Source of the DNA: the human T2T-CHM13v2.0 reference genome, Homo sapiens
Length of the DNA: 64,000 nt
NCBI RefSeq assembly: GCF_009914755.1
Contig: NC_060927.1
Direction: 5' to 3' (one strand)
Shown here piece after piece: positions 1-15,015 of this stretch (the first letter of the stretch is position 1; each line of letters opens with the position of its first letter). Under the pieces are notes generated by a model. The model did not search any database, was not told the DNA's origin, and worked only from the letters and a program-made list of their open reading frames with translations. A program made the translations under genes and the position numbers.

Positions 1-864
1 TCCCTACACACTATTTTGTCTTTCCAAGTGGGAAAGGCATGCTAACACTTAGTTCTAGGTTTGGGCAACTCCTTTGGGGGTTGAGACGTCTCTGAGGCCC
101 TACATGTAGGACACCAATTATTGTTGATGAAAAGAGTCAAACTCTGCCGCTCTCTGTACCATGTGCTGCTCCATGCCCAAGGACTCTGAGGTGGCATTGT
201 CTACAATGACCCCACGGAGCATGAGGGCACAGGCCTGGGCCTTCTTGATGGGGGTGACAACCTTGGCATCTCCAGGCTCCCCATGGGAATGTGACCCCCA
301 CATCCAGCTTGGGCACCAGTGGGAGGAAGGCATGCCTCTTGAGTCTGTGGGAGGAGGTGGGCACTTTACTTAGGCTGACAGGCATGCAAGTGGAAGTGGC
401 ATGGCTACTGCTCCTCTACTTCTCTGACTCCCAGCTGCCCCCACCTCTCCACCCAGGGCTCTCTGCATGCCTGACACCACCGCCTCCTTCCAACCATGGT
501 CCTGGTCCCCTCTTCCCTCCCTGGCTGCTGTAGAGCCCTCCAGGCAGTGGTGGCAAACTTTACATAGAAGGAAGCTGCTAGCAAGCCTGCTGGGTGCCCA
601 AGCCCCTCCACAGCCTGCCCTGTGTGCCACCTACCCAGTCCTTGCATCCTGATGCCCACGAGTGTACCTGTGCAACCCAGTAGGACTGCACAGTGACAGC
701 TAGCTTTCCAGCATTTTAGACAGTCTGTTTCCCTATAGTTTACTCCCTGGCTCTGATTTGGTCTTGGTTATTCTGATGCTGAGTTTGGTCTTACGACCCC
801 AATCACAGGTTCATTTTCCTAAAAGCCTATCTGTTCCCTAAATATGTAATGCTCTTTCATGCCC

Positions 865-1200
865 AGAGTCTATGCAATTTCTGTCCCCACTGCTTGGAAC
901 ATACTTTTTCCAGCTCTTTCTCTGCATGGCAGAATTCTTCTTATCCTTCAGATCTTAGCTAAAATGTCATGTTCTGGGAGAGCTTTTTACTATCTAAAAA
1001 ACAATTTGCGCTATAATTTCTTACTAATGAAACTTCTTCACTTTACATTTTTCACAAAATCTATGTTTATCTATTATTTTGCTTGATTTTTATCTGTCTC
1101 ACCCACTAAAATATAAATCGAGGTCAGAGACCCTATCTGTCTTATTCTGTATGTCCTTGGGCCTAATGGTACCTTGCACATGTAGGCACTTAGCTGAATG
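865..1200 (+). mobile_element. L2 LINE 3' end fragment (ancient)
   Basis: Typical L2 3' motifs: 'cccactgcttggaacatacttt', 'cttatccttcagatcttagctaaaatgtca', 'gaggtcagagaccctatctgtcttatt', ending 'gcacatgtaggcacttagctgaatg'. Boundaries approximate. Confidence 0.6.
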
Positions 1201-1809
1201 AGAGATTGTCCTGTTTACCATCTAGGAAGGGAGGGAGACAAGTGGCTTGCTCTGCTGAGAGTACTGCTATCTCTCCCACCCAGCAGGATGGACTTTATTG
1301 CTGGATTTATGCAGACAATGACCACTGGCCTCTGAGGCAGTGATTGTTGGTGACTACCATCATGGATGGGCATAGAGAGAAATAGCTTGAGCCTTCAGCC
1401 CTCAAGGTCTTGGCTTTTGGTGTGTTCGGCTTCTCTATTGCTCCAACTCTCTAGCTTCCTTTCAAGAAGCAAGGTATATCTATGAGCAGATGTTGAGACA
1501 GAACATCTCAATTTCATGTTCACAGATCTTGATTCCTTTGAAATGAGATGTGTGTTCTTGAGGAGGATAAGGGAAAAGCATCTATTAGTGATCTTGCAGC
1601 CAACTTTTCACACAATGGTTAGAAGGAAAGTTCTGTATGATGTGGAAGTTAAGACATCAAATAAAAAAATGAGTGAATTATGGCTTGTCTTTGTCTTAAA
1701 AAACACTGTGTTGGATTGGTCTCTTTACTCACAATTTTATAGGAGTTGTTTTGTGATGACTGATCAAGTATTTTTGTTGTTATTGCAGTTCATTGGGAAT
1801 TATAGAAGT

Positions 1810-2539
<730 letters not shown>

Positions 2540-2614
2540 TAATGCATAAAAATTAAAGAAATAAAGAATGAATATCTTTAATTATGATGTATTGGCTTTA
2601 TGCATAAACCACAT

Positions 2615-2800
2615 AATGCAGGACAAAGAGCATGAAATGGAGAATTTGGAGTCTTCGTATGCCAAAATAGTTCGCTGTGTGAGCTGGGTCAAGACATTTA
2701 TTATAGCTAGGCTCCCATTTCTGCAAAACAAGTAGCTTAAATGAGATGATCTCCAAGTTGCTTACAAATCGAAGATGTCTTTGTTCCTCTGATTCTAAGT
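2615..2800 (+). mobile_element. MIR/MIR3 fragment
   Basis: 'gtgtgagctgggtcaagacattta...ttctgcaaaac...gagatgatctccaag...ctctgattct' resembles the MIR core and MIR3 tail. Confidence 0.45.
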
Positions 2801-3511
2801 GCTTGCTGTGCTGGTGAGTCTGAGTGACAGTAGTGACAATGTTGAGGGCTCAATTTGCAGAGCCTCTTAGGGCTGTTAGAAGGTTTGTAGGCAGGGAGTG
2901 AGATCTAAGACTTTTACCCTTAGTTGACATTGGATGGGATGGATCCTGTACTTAATTTCTTCCCACTGAAGCCTTGCCACTTGCTCAAGTGGGGCTGCTG
3001 TTCAGTTTAGAAGGGTTTTTCATTCTCAGTTCTCTTAGCCAAAGAGCAAGTTCTGACAAGGTAGCTGTTTGAGTATTGTCAATCAGTGATAATTTTAAAA
3101 AGCAGCGGTAAGATGTGAATGAAAACCTTGACTTCAGCCTGGCCCTAAATTGTTAGTTTTTGAAAAGATTTTTTTTTTAAATTAGACTTTGAAAATCTCA
3201 TCCATCTACAGCTAATTCTGTATAACTCTTGATGCTGGATGAGCCTCAGGGGTTTGGGAAACTTGTTCAGTGAGATGCTAACCTGAACCTGTCAAGATTT
3301 TCTTTTCTCAGTACGTCTATTCTCATTTTCCCTTGCTATTTAGGTCTACTTGACATGTATCTTAAATTAGAAACACTCAGCTCTTTCAACCAGATTTTCA
3401 GCTTACATCAGACCCTGCAGAACTTCAGCCACTAAATAAAAAACTGGACCAACTTCTGGTAGACTTCTACATGCCCATTTTTCTTCATCGCAACTTAAAT
3501 GATTTCATATA

Positions 3512-4688
<1,177 letters not shown>

Positions 4689-4839
4689 TATTCTCAAATA
4701 TGTGTCCTGAAAGTGCTGCTATTCTCTGTGACGTGAAAATATCATTGTCATTGTTATCATGATTAGCAATTAGAATATTAATTTAATTTAATAGACTACT
4801 TTCCTCCAATGTGTTAAAACATTTTACATAAATATTATC

Positions 4840-5420
4840 CCTTGGGGAAGCTCTCACACTTGTGCATCAGGAGATAGGTGAACAAAAGGGTATTTATTGC
4901 AGTATTGTTTGTAATCAGAGAAAAGGTGGGGGATACCTTAATATTCACCAATAGGAGACTTGATAAATATATTGTGCTATAACCATACAATATTGATACA
5001 GCATTTAAATGAAATGAAATAGAACTACATATATTAATATGAATATATCTCAAAAACAGGTTGAGTGAAAAAAGCAAGTTGCAGAATTATACATACAATA
5101 TGAAACCAATGACATACCACATAAAAACATAAAGACTACGTGTTAACATATAGATACACCCATTTATAATAAAAATAAAAATAAAATATGCAAGAAGGAT
5201 ACACAAGAATTTTGGTATAATGGTTACCTCTAGGGAAGGAGGGGAAAAATGCACAGGAAATCAATTGATGTCTGTAATGTTTTATTTCTCAAAAAAAGAA
5301 GAGAAAGGAAAAAGAAATATGGTAAATGTTAATCTCGGCTAAATCTTGGTGGTGGGCATGAGGGTATTTGTTATTGTTGCTTCATGATTTTTGGCATATG
5401 GGAAATCTTTAATAATGAAA
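4840..5420 (+). mobile_element. Old L1 (L1M-type) 3' region fragment
   Basis: 'tttattgcagtattgtttgtaatcag', 'aatgaaatagaactacatatattaatatgaatatatctcaaaaac', 'gcaagttgcagaat' resemble L1ME/MC 3' UTR. Confidence 0.6.
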
Positions 5421-5659
5421 CAGTCAATTTCTCTTCCCCATTACCCCACTTTTTCTCATAACCTCAGAGAGATAAAGTAGTATTGCATGTGAAAAACAAC
5501 CTATCAGACTGGTTTTCTTCATGTGGTTTTGAGGTGACCCCTTCTTTCTTTTTAATTAAAAAACATCACCTCAAATTCAGATTTGAGTAGGTTTCAAAAA
5601 AGATCTGGACTCTAAGGGCCTTTCATTTATAATGACTTTTTTTCAGAATTTCTGAGTCC

Positions 5660-6020
5660 CTTTCCCTGCTCCAGCCACCTCCATTCTTAAAACCCTCTGT
5701 GGGCTTCCTGTTGTTGTCAGGATAAAAACTCCAGGCTGCTCTGAGGCCTGCAGCCCTGAAGCATCCAGCCCCAGCCTCCTCCTCTGACTGTTGGACTTTT
5801 TCTACCACATTCATAGTTCTTTCCGTGGAGGCAGGAAGGAGGGGAGTTAGGGTCTTCACAGGTTGGTGGCCTCTGCCAGGCTTGCTGTCACCCCTAGTCC
5901 CTCTTCAGCTCTAAGCTCTAGGTGACTCTTCCAGGACGTCTGTGTTGGTCCAACTCTCTGCTGGCTCCCAGTGTCAGGCATGGTTCCTAGGACATATGAT
6001 CAATATGTATTTGTTAACTC
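5660..6020 (+). mobile_element. L2 3' fragments
   Basis: 'cttaaaaccctctgtgggcttcctgttg...aggataaaaactcc' and 'ggcatggttcctaggacatatgatcaatatgtatttgtt'. Confidence 0.45.
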
Positions 6021-6580
6021 TCACTAACTAACCTGAAATTAGAATTATACAGATTAAATAGAACCAGATGACACTTTAACACCCACCATCCCTTTTATGA
6101 ATGGTGATATGTTTATTTATCCTTGCTCTATTTTTGCTATACATGACAATGATAGGTATAAAGTTAACTACCTTATCCAATTCATAGAAATTTCTACTAT
6201 GTGTCTTTGGACATATCTAAATTTAATATTACTTCATTTCAGTGGATCCTAATGTAAAGAGCCTATTGCCTCATGAATTAAGTAGTATTAGTTATTTTTA
6301 AGTAAGTTATCTGTAAAATAGATGGTCTGTTCTCCAGGTCAGGAGCATGCATTGATAACAGAAATTCCCAAGAATTTTCACTGAGTTTAATGTCAGTATT
6401 GGCAAGCACTGCATGGGAAGGAAATCACAGCAACACATTCTGATAAAGTAGAAGCCTGTCTGAAGCAGGCTTGTATTAAACCAAGGAGTTTAAAATTAAG
6501 TATAATTTTTTGATAGTTTCATTGTACCAGGCAGCTTCTTGGAATGGATTCATAGGGTGGCATTAGAATCAGAATCTTCT

Positions 6581-6901
6581 GGCCGGGCATGGTAGCTCAT
6601 GCCTGTAATCCCAACATTTTGGGAGGCTGAGGCGGGAGAATCAACTGAGGTCAGGAGTTCGAGACCAGCCTGGCCAACATGGTGAAACCCCGTCTCTACC
6701 AAAAATACAAAAATTAGCTGGGTATAGTGGTGCATGCCTGTAGTCCCAGCTACTCAGGAGGCTGAGGCATGAGTATCACTTCAACCCAGGAGGTGTAGGT
6801 TGCAGTGAGCCAAGATCGCACCACCACACTTTAGCCTGGGTTTAGGAGTGAGGCTCTGTCTCAAAAAAAAAAAAAAAAAAAAAAGGGAAAAAAGAAAGAA
6901 A
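6581..6901 (+). mobile_element. Full-length Alu (AluSx/Sz-like)
   Basis: Starts ggccgggcat, A-rich tail; perfect 16-bp TSD agaatcagaatcttct at 6565-6580 and 6902-6917. Confidence 0.95.
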
Positions 6902-7908
6902 AGAATCAGAATCTTCTGAGCTTAATAATGCAAGTGAAAATTTATGTAGTGTCTCTCTTGCTTTTTGTATGAGAGGTTGAAAGCCTGCACATCTTAATAA
7001 GGTATACCTAATAACATGTTAATAACTCACATATTGTCCGCTTTGGACTACAGACCTTAAATGAAAGGGCCTTCATAAATTATACATGTCTGACAAATAG
7101 GTGATACATTTTTCAAATCACATAAGCTCTTCAGAATCAAGTCTGCTTTGTGGAGATAATTAAAGAAAATCAATGTGTTTTGGTTGATAGATATTTGACT
7201 AGAAAACACATTCTCCCCTCAACTCAGACAATGGGGCGCCTAAGCTTCAAGACCAGTGTTCTCTGAAGACAGAGTGAGGGATGGGATTGGAAGGCTCGAG
7301 TGTTCTGGGTGCAGGACTTATGACTCCAGACACCAGGTTCTCCCTGTGGTACCGGTCCTGACCCTAACTTCCCACTGAGCTGAGGGCAATTGAGTTGAAC
7401 TCCTGATCTCTGTCTCTTTCCCTGGGTCAAGGAATATGATTCTTTTTGTCTCACTGGGACCACGAGAGGCTTAATTCATCAATGTTGGTAAAGTGCTAGG
7501 AAGATGAGAAGTGCTGTGCCCATTCTAAGCAACATTATTGATTCACTTTTTCCTTGTGGTTAATATAAAGTTCTCCACATATCAGATAATGGCTCAGCGT
7601 TGCATAAACAGCCAAGAATCGCTAGCGGGAGAGATGTGGCCTGTGTTTTCTCTTAGGAATATTGATGTCTGTAAAATGCCTTCAGTTTCTCTGAAAAAAC
7701 ATTATTACATGATTTAAGCTGATTATATTATTGTTGTATTTTTATCTGCATATCAGAGTCTTTTTTTATTTGTTTGTATTGTTTTGTTTTTCAGTAATGA
7801 TCTGAAATAATGTTGAGCCCAGTAAATATTTTATGTTAAGGAAGGCCTAGATTGGTAAAAATTTTGCTTATCTATTTTGGGTTGCCCTGTCCACTAAATA
7901 ATAGGGGG

Positions 7909-7910
<2 letters not shown>

Positions 7911-7960
<50 letters not shown>
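7911..7960. repeat. (AC)25 microsatellite
   Basis: Uninterrupted AC run seen directly. Confidence 0.98.
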
Positions 7961-7965
<5 letters not shown>

Positions 7966-8344
7966 ACTCTGTGTGTATTTAACATATGTATATAGTGTGT
8001 ATGTATATGTATACATAATGCTAATGTGCATTACCCATAATTCATAATCTTGTTCATTAAATCACAGGATGTGTGTGTATATGCATATATATGTGCACAT
8101 AGATACATACACGTATAAAAACATATATCATGTTAATATGCTTACTTATGTATTTACCATTATTCTGAAATAACATGATAAGTAACTGTTAATTATGGCA
8201 TTTAGCTAATTCACCATTCTTGGAAAGATTTTAGGAATTGCATTCCTGAAATTGCTTTCAATAGGAATTTTATAAGCATATATAGAATCTCAACCAGTTA
8301 CTTTATTGTTATACTTGAAAAAAACTTGAATTGGAATAATACAG

Positions 8345-8540
8345 CTTGATCATCTACCTTATAGTTCATCAGACTTGGTTCTGGATCACTTCTTCCTGTT
8401 TCCAAATTCTAAACATCCTCAGGAAATGGAGAATTCAACACCACTAGTTATCATAAAAATGGATGTTCAGTGGACTGTCGCAATGAAGGTGAAAATTCCC
8501 TTTTGAGTATGTAAAGGTCTAGTTTGTTAAAATGAGCAAA
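8345..8540 (+). mobile_element. Ancient mariner-derived fragment (MARNA-like)
   Basis: From about 8351 it translates HLPYSSSDLVLDHFFLFPN, resembling the mariner motif HPPYSPDLAPxDFxLFP; downstream 'tgaaggtgaaaattcccttttgagtatgtaaaggtctagtttgttaaaa' resembles the MARNA 3' end. Confidence 0.5.
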
Positions 8541-8631
8541 CAAACCTGTTTCTAACAGTATTATGGTGATGACTTTTTTAAAGTTCTTATCTTCCCATGG
8601 TACCTATTGGAAAAATAAGTCAGTTCCATTG

Positions 8632-8826
8632 TCCTTTGGTTTCCATGTTTCTGCTAGATGGGATTGCTATGCCAACACGCCCCATGTGTGGAACTGTGTC
8701 TCAGTTCCCCCTCTCAGCTCTGCTCAGGTGTCCTCCTTGCACTTTCCTCCCTCCAGTCCCTTGGGCCAGTGGCTCTGTCACTCAGGTGTACAGGCAGCTG
8801 ACATGGGTGGTAGAAGCAGGGATTAT
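8632..8826 (+). repeat. Local duplication, copy 1 (195 bp)
   Basis: Ungapped match to 10837-11031 with 12 mismatches by manual alignment. Confidence 0.95.
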
Positions 8827-9074
8827 TCTGTAGAGTCACACTATTTTTGTGTAGCTTAGCCATGAAAATAGTCCACATATACGTTACCAAGTTTTTAAGA
8901 ATTTGCTTGTTTCATTTGTTATTCATTCATTCTTTTCCTATATCATCTATTGGATGCTTAGTGTTTACTAGATGACATGAAACACATTAAAGAGAAGAAG
9001 ATAGCTCTTTAGGAAGTTATAATCTAGTTGAGTCAAAGCAAATGCTCTATAGAGAAATGATTAATTAAATTATT

Positions 9075-9550
9075 ATGGGCAGAGGCTGGTAGTTGTTCCT
9101 CAACATCTGTTCTCCTCATTTTCCTCAGTAACAGAATCCCCAGTTTTCAGCTGGTCACATGGCAGCCCAGAATAAAGCCACATCTCTCAGCCTCCCTTGC
9201 AGCTTGGTGTGCCAGTGCCGAAGCTTGGATGATGCTGTGGAGGAGTAAGTGTTCTGGGGCAGCTTCTGAGAACTTCCTTTAAGTGTCAGCTGCATCTCCT
9301 TTGGCCCTCCTTTTTCGTCTTCTTCTTGATCATGGGATATGTGGATGTAACTGCTGGAGTTCCTGTGACCATGTTGGACCATGCAGATGAGGGCCTTGCT
9401 TAGGAGTGGGGAGTGGAGTCTGGCAGGAGCTGGGACCCTGTGTTCACAGGGCTGCGTGTTGCCCTGGACTTTTACATGAGAGAGCTGATGAACTGTGATC
9501 TGTCTGTTATTTTGGGTGTCGGACACTTCCAGCCAAATGTGATCCTGATA
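9075..9550 (+). mobile_element. Ancient ERVL solo LTR (LTR33-like)
   Basis: 'ggcagaggctggtagttg...cctcagtaacagaatcccc...cagcctcccttgcagcttggtgtg' resembles the LTR33/MLT1J-type 5' part. Confidence 0.55.
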
Positions 9551-10100
9551 GGAACGTCCTACAAAGTGAGCACTTTAAGTATGGAGGGGACAATATACAG
9601 AGCAGTGATGAGAATGGAGAATGGCAATGAGGGAAGGCTTCCTGGAAGAATCTGCTATCCCAGCCCAAGCTCTTCTCTTATCTCTCATTATTTCTTCTGT
9701 CTTACTGTTTTGTGAACATGACGCTTTCTCTCTTCCTGACCTTTGCTCATGCTGTTCCTTCTGCAATGCTTTCTCTGGTTATCTTCCTGCTTGTCTAGTT
9801 AATTTTATAATTATATTAAATTATACAGTCGACATAAGTACTTAACACGGCTAGTAAATCTGTGTAAACACCACGTACATTTTGCTGTTATGCTCCTTAT
9901 CATGATTACTAGCCAGGTCAAATTTTGCCTCTTTTCCGAAACCTCTCTTGAACACTCTTCCTCTTTGGTACTGCAGTAGTACTGCCACTCAGTACCCTAA
10001 CACCTGACACTTAAAATGTATTTCACTCACATCAGAACCCTGATATCTGGCACCTAGTGGTGCTCGGGAAATGTTTGCTGAATGCAACTGTGTTATACCA

Positions 10101-10151
10101 GTTCTGTTTAGGGGAAGTAACTCTGTGTTCTGTTTAGGGGAAGTAACTCTG
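10101..10151. repeat. Tandem duplication of a 26-bp unit
   Basis: gttctgtttaggggaagtaactctg occurs at 10101 and 10127. Confidence 0.95.
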
Positions 10152-10393
10152 GCTAGTTATTTGTGTAGCTACTACTCAAGAGGAATGGAGGGACAAGATC
10201 AGTGTGGCCCCCAAGCTTCCGTCTTCTTTGTCTCCTGGCTTCTTTGCCATTGTGTCACCTCCCCATCCTCAGGCTGTTATTCTTATGGCCACTTCTGTAA
10301 AGGAAGGTCATAGCAAAACAGCTTCAGCCTTGCCTTAGCTTGCCTCCTGAATCCTCAGCTTTGCCGACCTGAATTCTAATCACTGCTTTTTAG

Positions 10394-10806
<413 letters not shown>

Positions 10807-10836
10807 TGAAGGCAACTTTTATACAGTATTATGCTA

Positions 10837-11031
10837 TCCTTTGGTTTACATGTTTCTGCTAGATGGGATTGCTATGCCAACACACCCCATGTGTGGAACT
10901 GTGTCTCAGTTCCCACCCTCAGCTCTACTAAGGTGTCCCCCTTGCACTTTCCTCCCTCCAGTCCCTTGGGCTATTGGCACTGTCACTCAGGTGTCCAGGC
11001 AGCTGACATGGGTGGTAGAAGCAGGCATTAT
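10837..11031 (+). repeat. Local duplication, copy 2 (195 bp)
   Basis: Ungapped match to 8632-8826, offset 2205 bp. Confidence 0.95.
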
Positions 11032-11707
11032 CCCGTTGTCTCAGTTGGGCTTATACAGGGACTCCTGCTTGGTCTTTGGGAGTTCAGATGCTAAAAAGTC
11101 CCCTGTCAAGAATAAGGAGGGCCTTGACACTGAAGGGATGAGGCAGATTTTGCTCCAGATGGTCTTTGGAAAAAGGAATTAGTACAGCCAGATTGGAAAG
11201 TTTTAGTGATTGAGAAAGAAGTACTGATTTTGATGAATCATTTCCACAGTCCCTGCCCTATTTCTTGGTCTTGTCTCTGTTTGGAGGACTGAGTGAAAGT
11301 GTCCATCCAGCTTCCTCCCATCGGTGCTAACAAACTGCACTGGCTGGATTTTGGTACCACATTCCCACGGTGGTATGTCTTAGGTCTCAGGCCAGCGTCC
11401 AAAGAGACCATATATTATTGTAATTGACTATTTTATTGAGACCCTTATAATCATACCTACTTTACCCAGTAAAGCAATTCTTGCTTTCTTATTCACAAGC
11501 TTTTTCCGGATAGTAGGTGATTACAATATGTCCCTCATCTAAGCCTCCACCTATGATTTCCAAACAGTAAAGTTCCTCAGCTGAATATTAGTTATCCCTC
11601 TTGTTTTTTTTAAAAGTGACATTAGGAAATGGCTAAACATTTTATTGCCTTCTTATTGTCATCTGCTTTTCCTCCACCCACCTCCTGGGTAGGTACAACA
11701 GAGCTTG

Positions 11708-12010
11708 CAGGGTGGCAGTGGTAGAATGGCATGTGGGCCATAGACTTGTTTCATTTGGCTTGTAGAGAACTTAACATTTTGAGGAGGGATTATTTCCTAG
11801 TTAATAAGTGGGAGATTTCAACTCACATAAAAACCTAGATTCCCAACTTTTAAAAAGTCAGTTTCCACTTGATGACAGTCAGCTACTACTGGGCAATGGT
11901 TGCCTCTCTTAACCAAGGCATTTTCTCACCAGTTCACCATCACTGGCCCACATTTGTCTAGCTTCTTCATTATCTGCTTAGCCCAGAGGGCATTTGGTTT
12001 GAGACCCTTG
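11708..12010 (+). mobile_element. hAT-Charlie MITE (MER102-like)
   Basis: Begins cagggtggcag..., contains 'gacttgtttcatttggc', ends 'gcccagagggcatttggtttgagacccttg', resembling MER102 termini. Confidence 0.5.
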
Positions 12011-12459
12011 ACACAGCCCCCTTCTCCAGCTCCCACACTTTTCAGTGTCTGCTTTGCTACTCCTGCTATCTCAGATATTCCCTCCAATGGGCCTTTTCCT
12101 CACCAATCCCGGCTGTAACAAATCCTGTACAGCAGCCCTATGCACTCTTCCTGGGGAAGAGCTCTATGCTTTATTTCCCCACAGATTTAGTTGCAGTTGG
12201 GAAGCTGAGTGCTGACCTCCAGGTAAATATTGGAGATCTATGGGCAGATCCCAGCCTGTTGGCTGGAGGTGCTAGTTCTGGTGCCATGGACATATGGGTC
12301 TGACCCTGCAGTCTTTTGCCCTGCTCCTGAACTCCCAGTTTTGAGCTTGATTGCAGCCTACAATTAGGGGCAGAGCAGTATGGGGAGTTGTTTTTATCCT
12401 TTTGGAGAACTGTGGGCTTTCCCCATAATAAATGCTGTAATATAATGATAACCGCACAG

Positions 12460-12620
12460 TTGCTTTACAGTTTTTTCGTTAAGTTCCTTCTTATAAATCA
12501 TTCCTTTACATGTCTCAATGACCTGATGAAGTAGGTGTTATTATGGCCCCTGTTTTGCAGATGAGCCCTAGAGGAGGCTCAGAGCACCTGCCCAAGATTT
12601 CATGGTCACAGCCCATCAGG
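12460..12620 (-). mobile_element. MIR fragment
   Basis: 'gaagtaggtgttattatggcccctgttttgcagatgag...ggctcagag...ctgcccaag...ggtcacagc' is the antisense MIR core. Confidence 0.7.
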
Positions 12621-13310
12621 GTCTCAGGCGCCCATGGTTTTTTATTTAAAAAAATTTTTTTAAGCTATCATACTGCTCACTGTGTGGCCCCAATTTTAGG
12701 CTTGAATGTTTCTCCAAATCTGTAAATGCCTATAGACACAACTTAGCACACAGGAGCATCAGGGTTACTAGTTACATTCACCCTATCACTGAATAGGCCA
12801 TCAACAGAACCCAAAGAGAAAAAAATCCCCAGTACTGTTTATATGCCAGTGAATTTCTCAACCTAAACTCTCTGAATCCTGAGCTATAAATGTTAGAAAT
12901 ATATACATTTTTAGTAACAAAAATGGCTTTGGCATTTCTAAATATTCAGAAATTTGCAACCATTACCTTCTTTATTATATCTACACACCTTTATATTCTT
13001 AATTGTTTAAAATTCAAAATTGACAGATATTAAAAAAGTTGGTTACATTTTAACTAATAATAATCATATGGGTTTGATATGCTGGCTATGTTTTTTAAAT
13101 GTCCATGGAAATAAATATATAAGTACGAATTTTGTTTTAAAGTTTTTCCATGTATTATCTAAAATTATGGTACATTTGTCACCCCTTGGGGAAATCCTGC
13201 TTCTGATGGAAAAAACCATGCAAATTGCAGCTCTTTATTTTTGTGTCACTGGTGAGCTTCCCTGGCTCAGTGTTGTGAGTGCATGATGTATAATGCGACA
13301 GGCATGGAAC

Positions 13311-13869
13311 TGTAAATGAAAATAAAATTTCAGGGCCCTCTAAATTTATTATGCCAAGGGAAGTTACGCCCTGGAGACTGAACCACATAGTATACTTGCA
13401 ATTCTGCTTCTTAGATTATAGATTAGCTCTCTTCTTTATTGTTCTAGTTCTAAAATGACTAGGAGAGACCAGAGACCAGGCCTTCTACCCCTTCTAATCA
13501 CTGATCTTTGTTCTAGGTTAATTGCCTCTTTTATTGTCCTGTACCTAACTCAGACCATATGGTGCCCAAGAACCCATGATTGTACCCATCTTCATATGGA
13601 ATGTTTAATATACCTCTCCTGAAAGAAAAAAAGACCACTTTGACTAATCAGATCATTGAAAGTATGCATTAAGCCTAACATAGAAGGGTGTCGAAATTCT
13701 GTTAAGCTTCCCTATACTTTATGTAAGCAATTGCAAACTTCTACACTTCACGACACTGACTTCCATTCTTTGGGATCTGTGCCTCCCAGGAGGCTCATCC
13801 TCAAACTTTGCATTTGAGTAAACTCTTTTAAAACTAGATTCTGACAATTTTGATCATTTTAGGTTGACA
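13311..13869 (+). mobile_element. ERV1 solo LTR, MER4-group (559 bp)
   Basis: TG...CA termini (tgtaaatgaaaataaaatt ... tttaggttgaca), poly(A)-signal-like agtaaa near the 3' end, 4-bp TSD gaac at 13307-13310 and 13870-13873. Exact family not resolved. Confidence 0.85.
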
Positions 13870-14844
13870 GAACAGATTCACTGGGGGGACCTGGCAATAG
13901 TGTGTTGCTGTCACTATCTATCTGTTGCGCCTTCCTAGGGTTTTGTGTGGTCATGAGCAGAGCTGGTGTTTTGGAAGATACTGAGTGTGCTGAGCACATG
14001 TGATGACCCATGTTCTTTGAGAGACAGTCCCTTATGGTGGTTCTTTCTCAAGGCTGGGGACTTGCATTCTTCACCAGGCTTTGTGGAGAATCAAAATTTA
14101 TCCCTTGTTGAAAACCTCCACCTGTAAGAGCTTACAGTGGGAACTTTGAGACTTTTGAACTCAATTAAGCAAATTTATGCATATCGTAAGCTAGTTATTA
14201 ATTTGAACAAAAGGTCCTGATCCTTTTTTAAAAACATGGATTTCTACTACTAAAGAAAAAATTAGAAAATTTATATACATTTATTTTTAAAAATCACTAC
14301 ACTGAAAGCAACATTAAGGCCAACAGGAATTCTTTTGGTTTATGTGCTAGGAATTGTTGCCTGGATCCCAGTTTCTTCCCAGGCACTGAGTTTATTGATT
14401 GAGTTATCCATGTGGTTCATATTGGTAGAGTAGGGCGTAACCAGCTTATAAGATTCAGATCTGGGGAAATAAGAACTTGGCAGATGCCCATTGGACTAGC
14501 TGGAGAGAAAAAGAATCTGATAGCTCAACCTGTTGTATGTATCAACTTGGCCCACTGACCCACAGAACAATCACTGTATAACATTTCTTTATACATTTTT
14601 TAAAAGCATATATTGTTGTTTAGAAATGTTTATCCATTATAATAGCTGTAGTGTTCTTCTGAAAAATAATTTGTAATTTGGAAGGGATTATGCTTTTTAA
14701 AATGTATGCATTTGGTCTGGAATAGCCCTCAGAGGATATACACACATATAAGTAGCAGGCTACAAACAGGACTTGGATTAATAGACCACAGGGGGCTATT
14801 TATATGGAGAGTTTAAGTGCATGTTATTGTTATTTCTAAATTGT

Positions 14845-15015
14845 ATTAATAATAATACCCTACACCTGTCCAGCATGTGTATGAGATTTTACTGTTCTAC
14901 AGAGTGCTGTTGTATACATCATTGCATTTGTTCCCCACAACAACCGTGGGAGGGAAGTTGGGATATTTTTAAGTGTTGACACTGAAGTCCTTTGCTTGAG
15001 ATAAAAAGTCCCAGT
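14845..15015 (-). mobile_element. MIR fragment
   Basis: 'tgtatacatcattgcatttgttccccacaacaaccgtgggagg...gacactgaag' is antisense MIR. Confidence 0.55.

Noticed and set aside
122-146. tgttgatgaaaagagtcaaactctg, resembling a MER4-type LTR terminus
   Set aside because: Similarity stops after about 25 nt; too short to call.
118-659. Cluster of overlapping 60-90 aa ORFs in a GC-richer patch
   Set aside because: No recognisable domain or exon structure; ORFs on both strands are expected from GC content.
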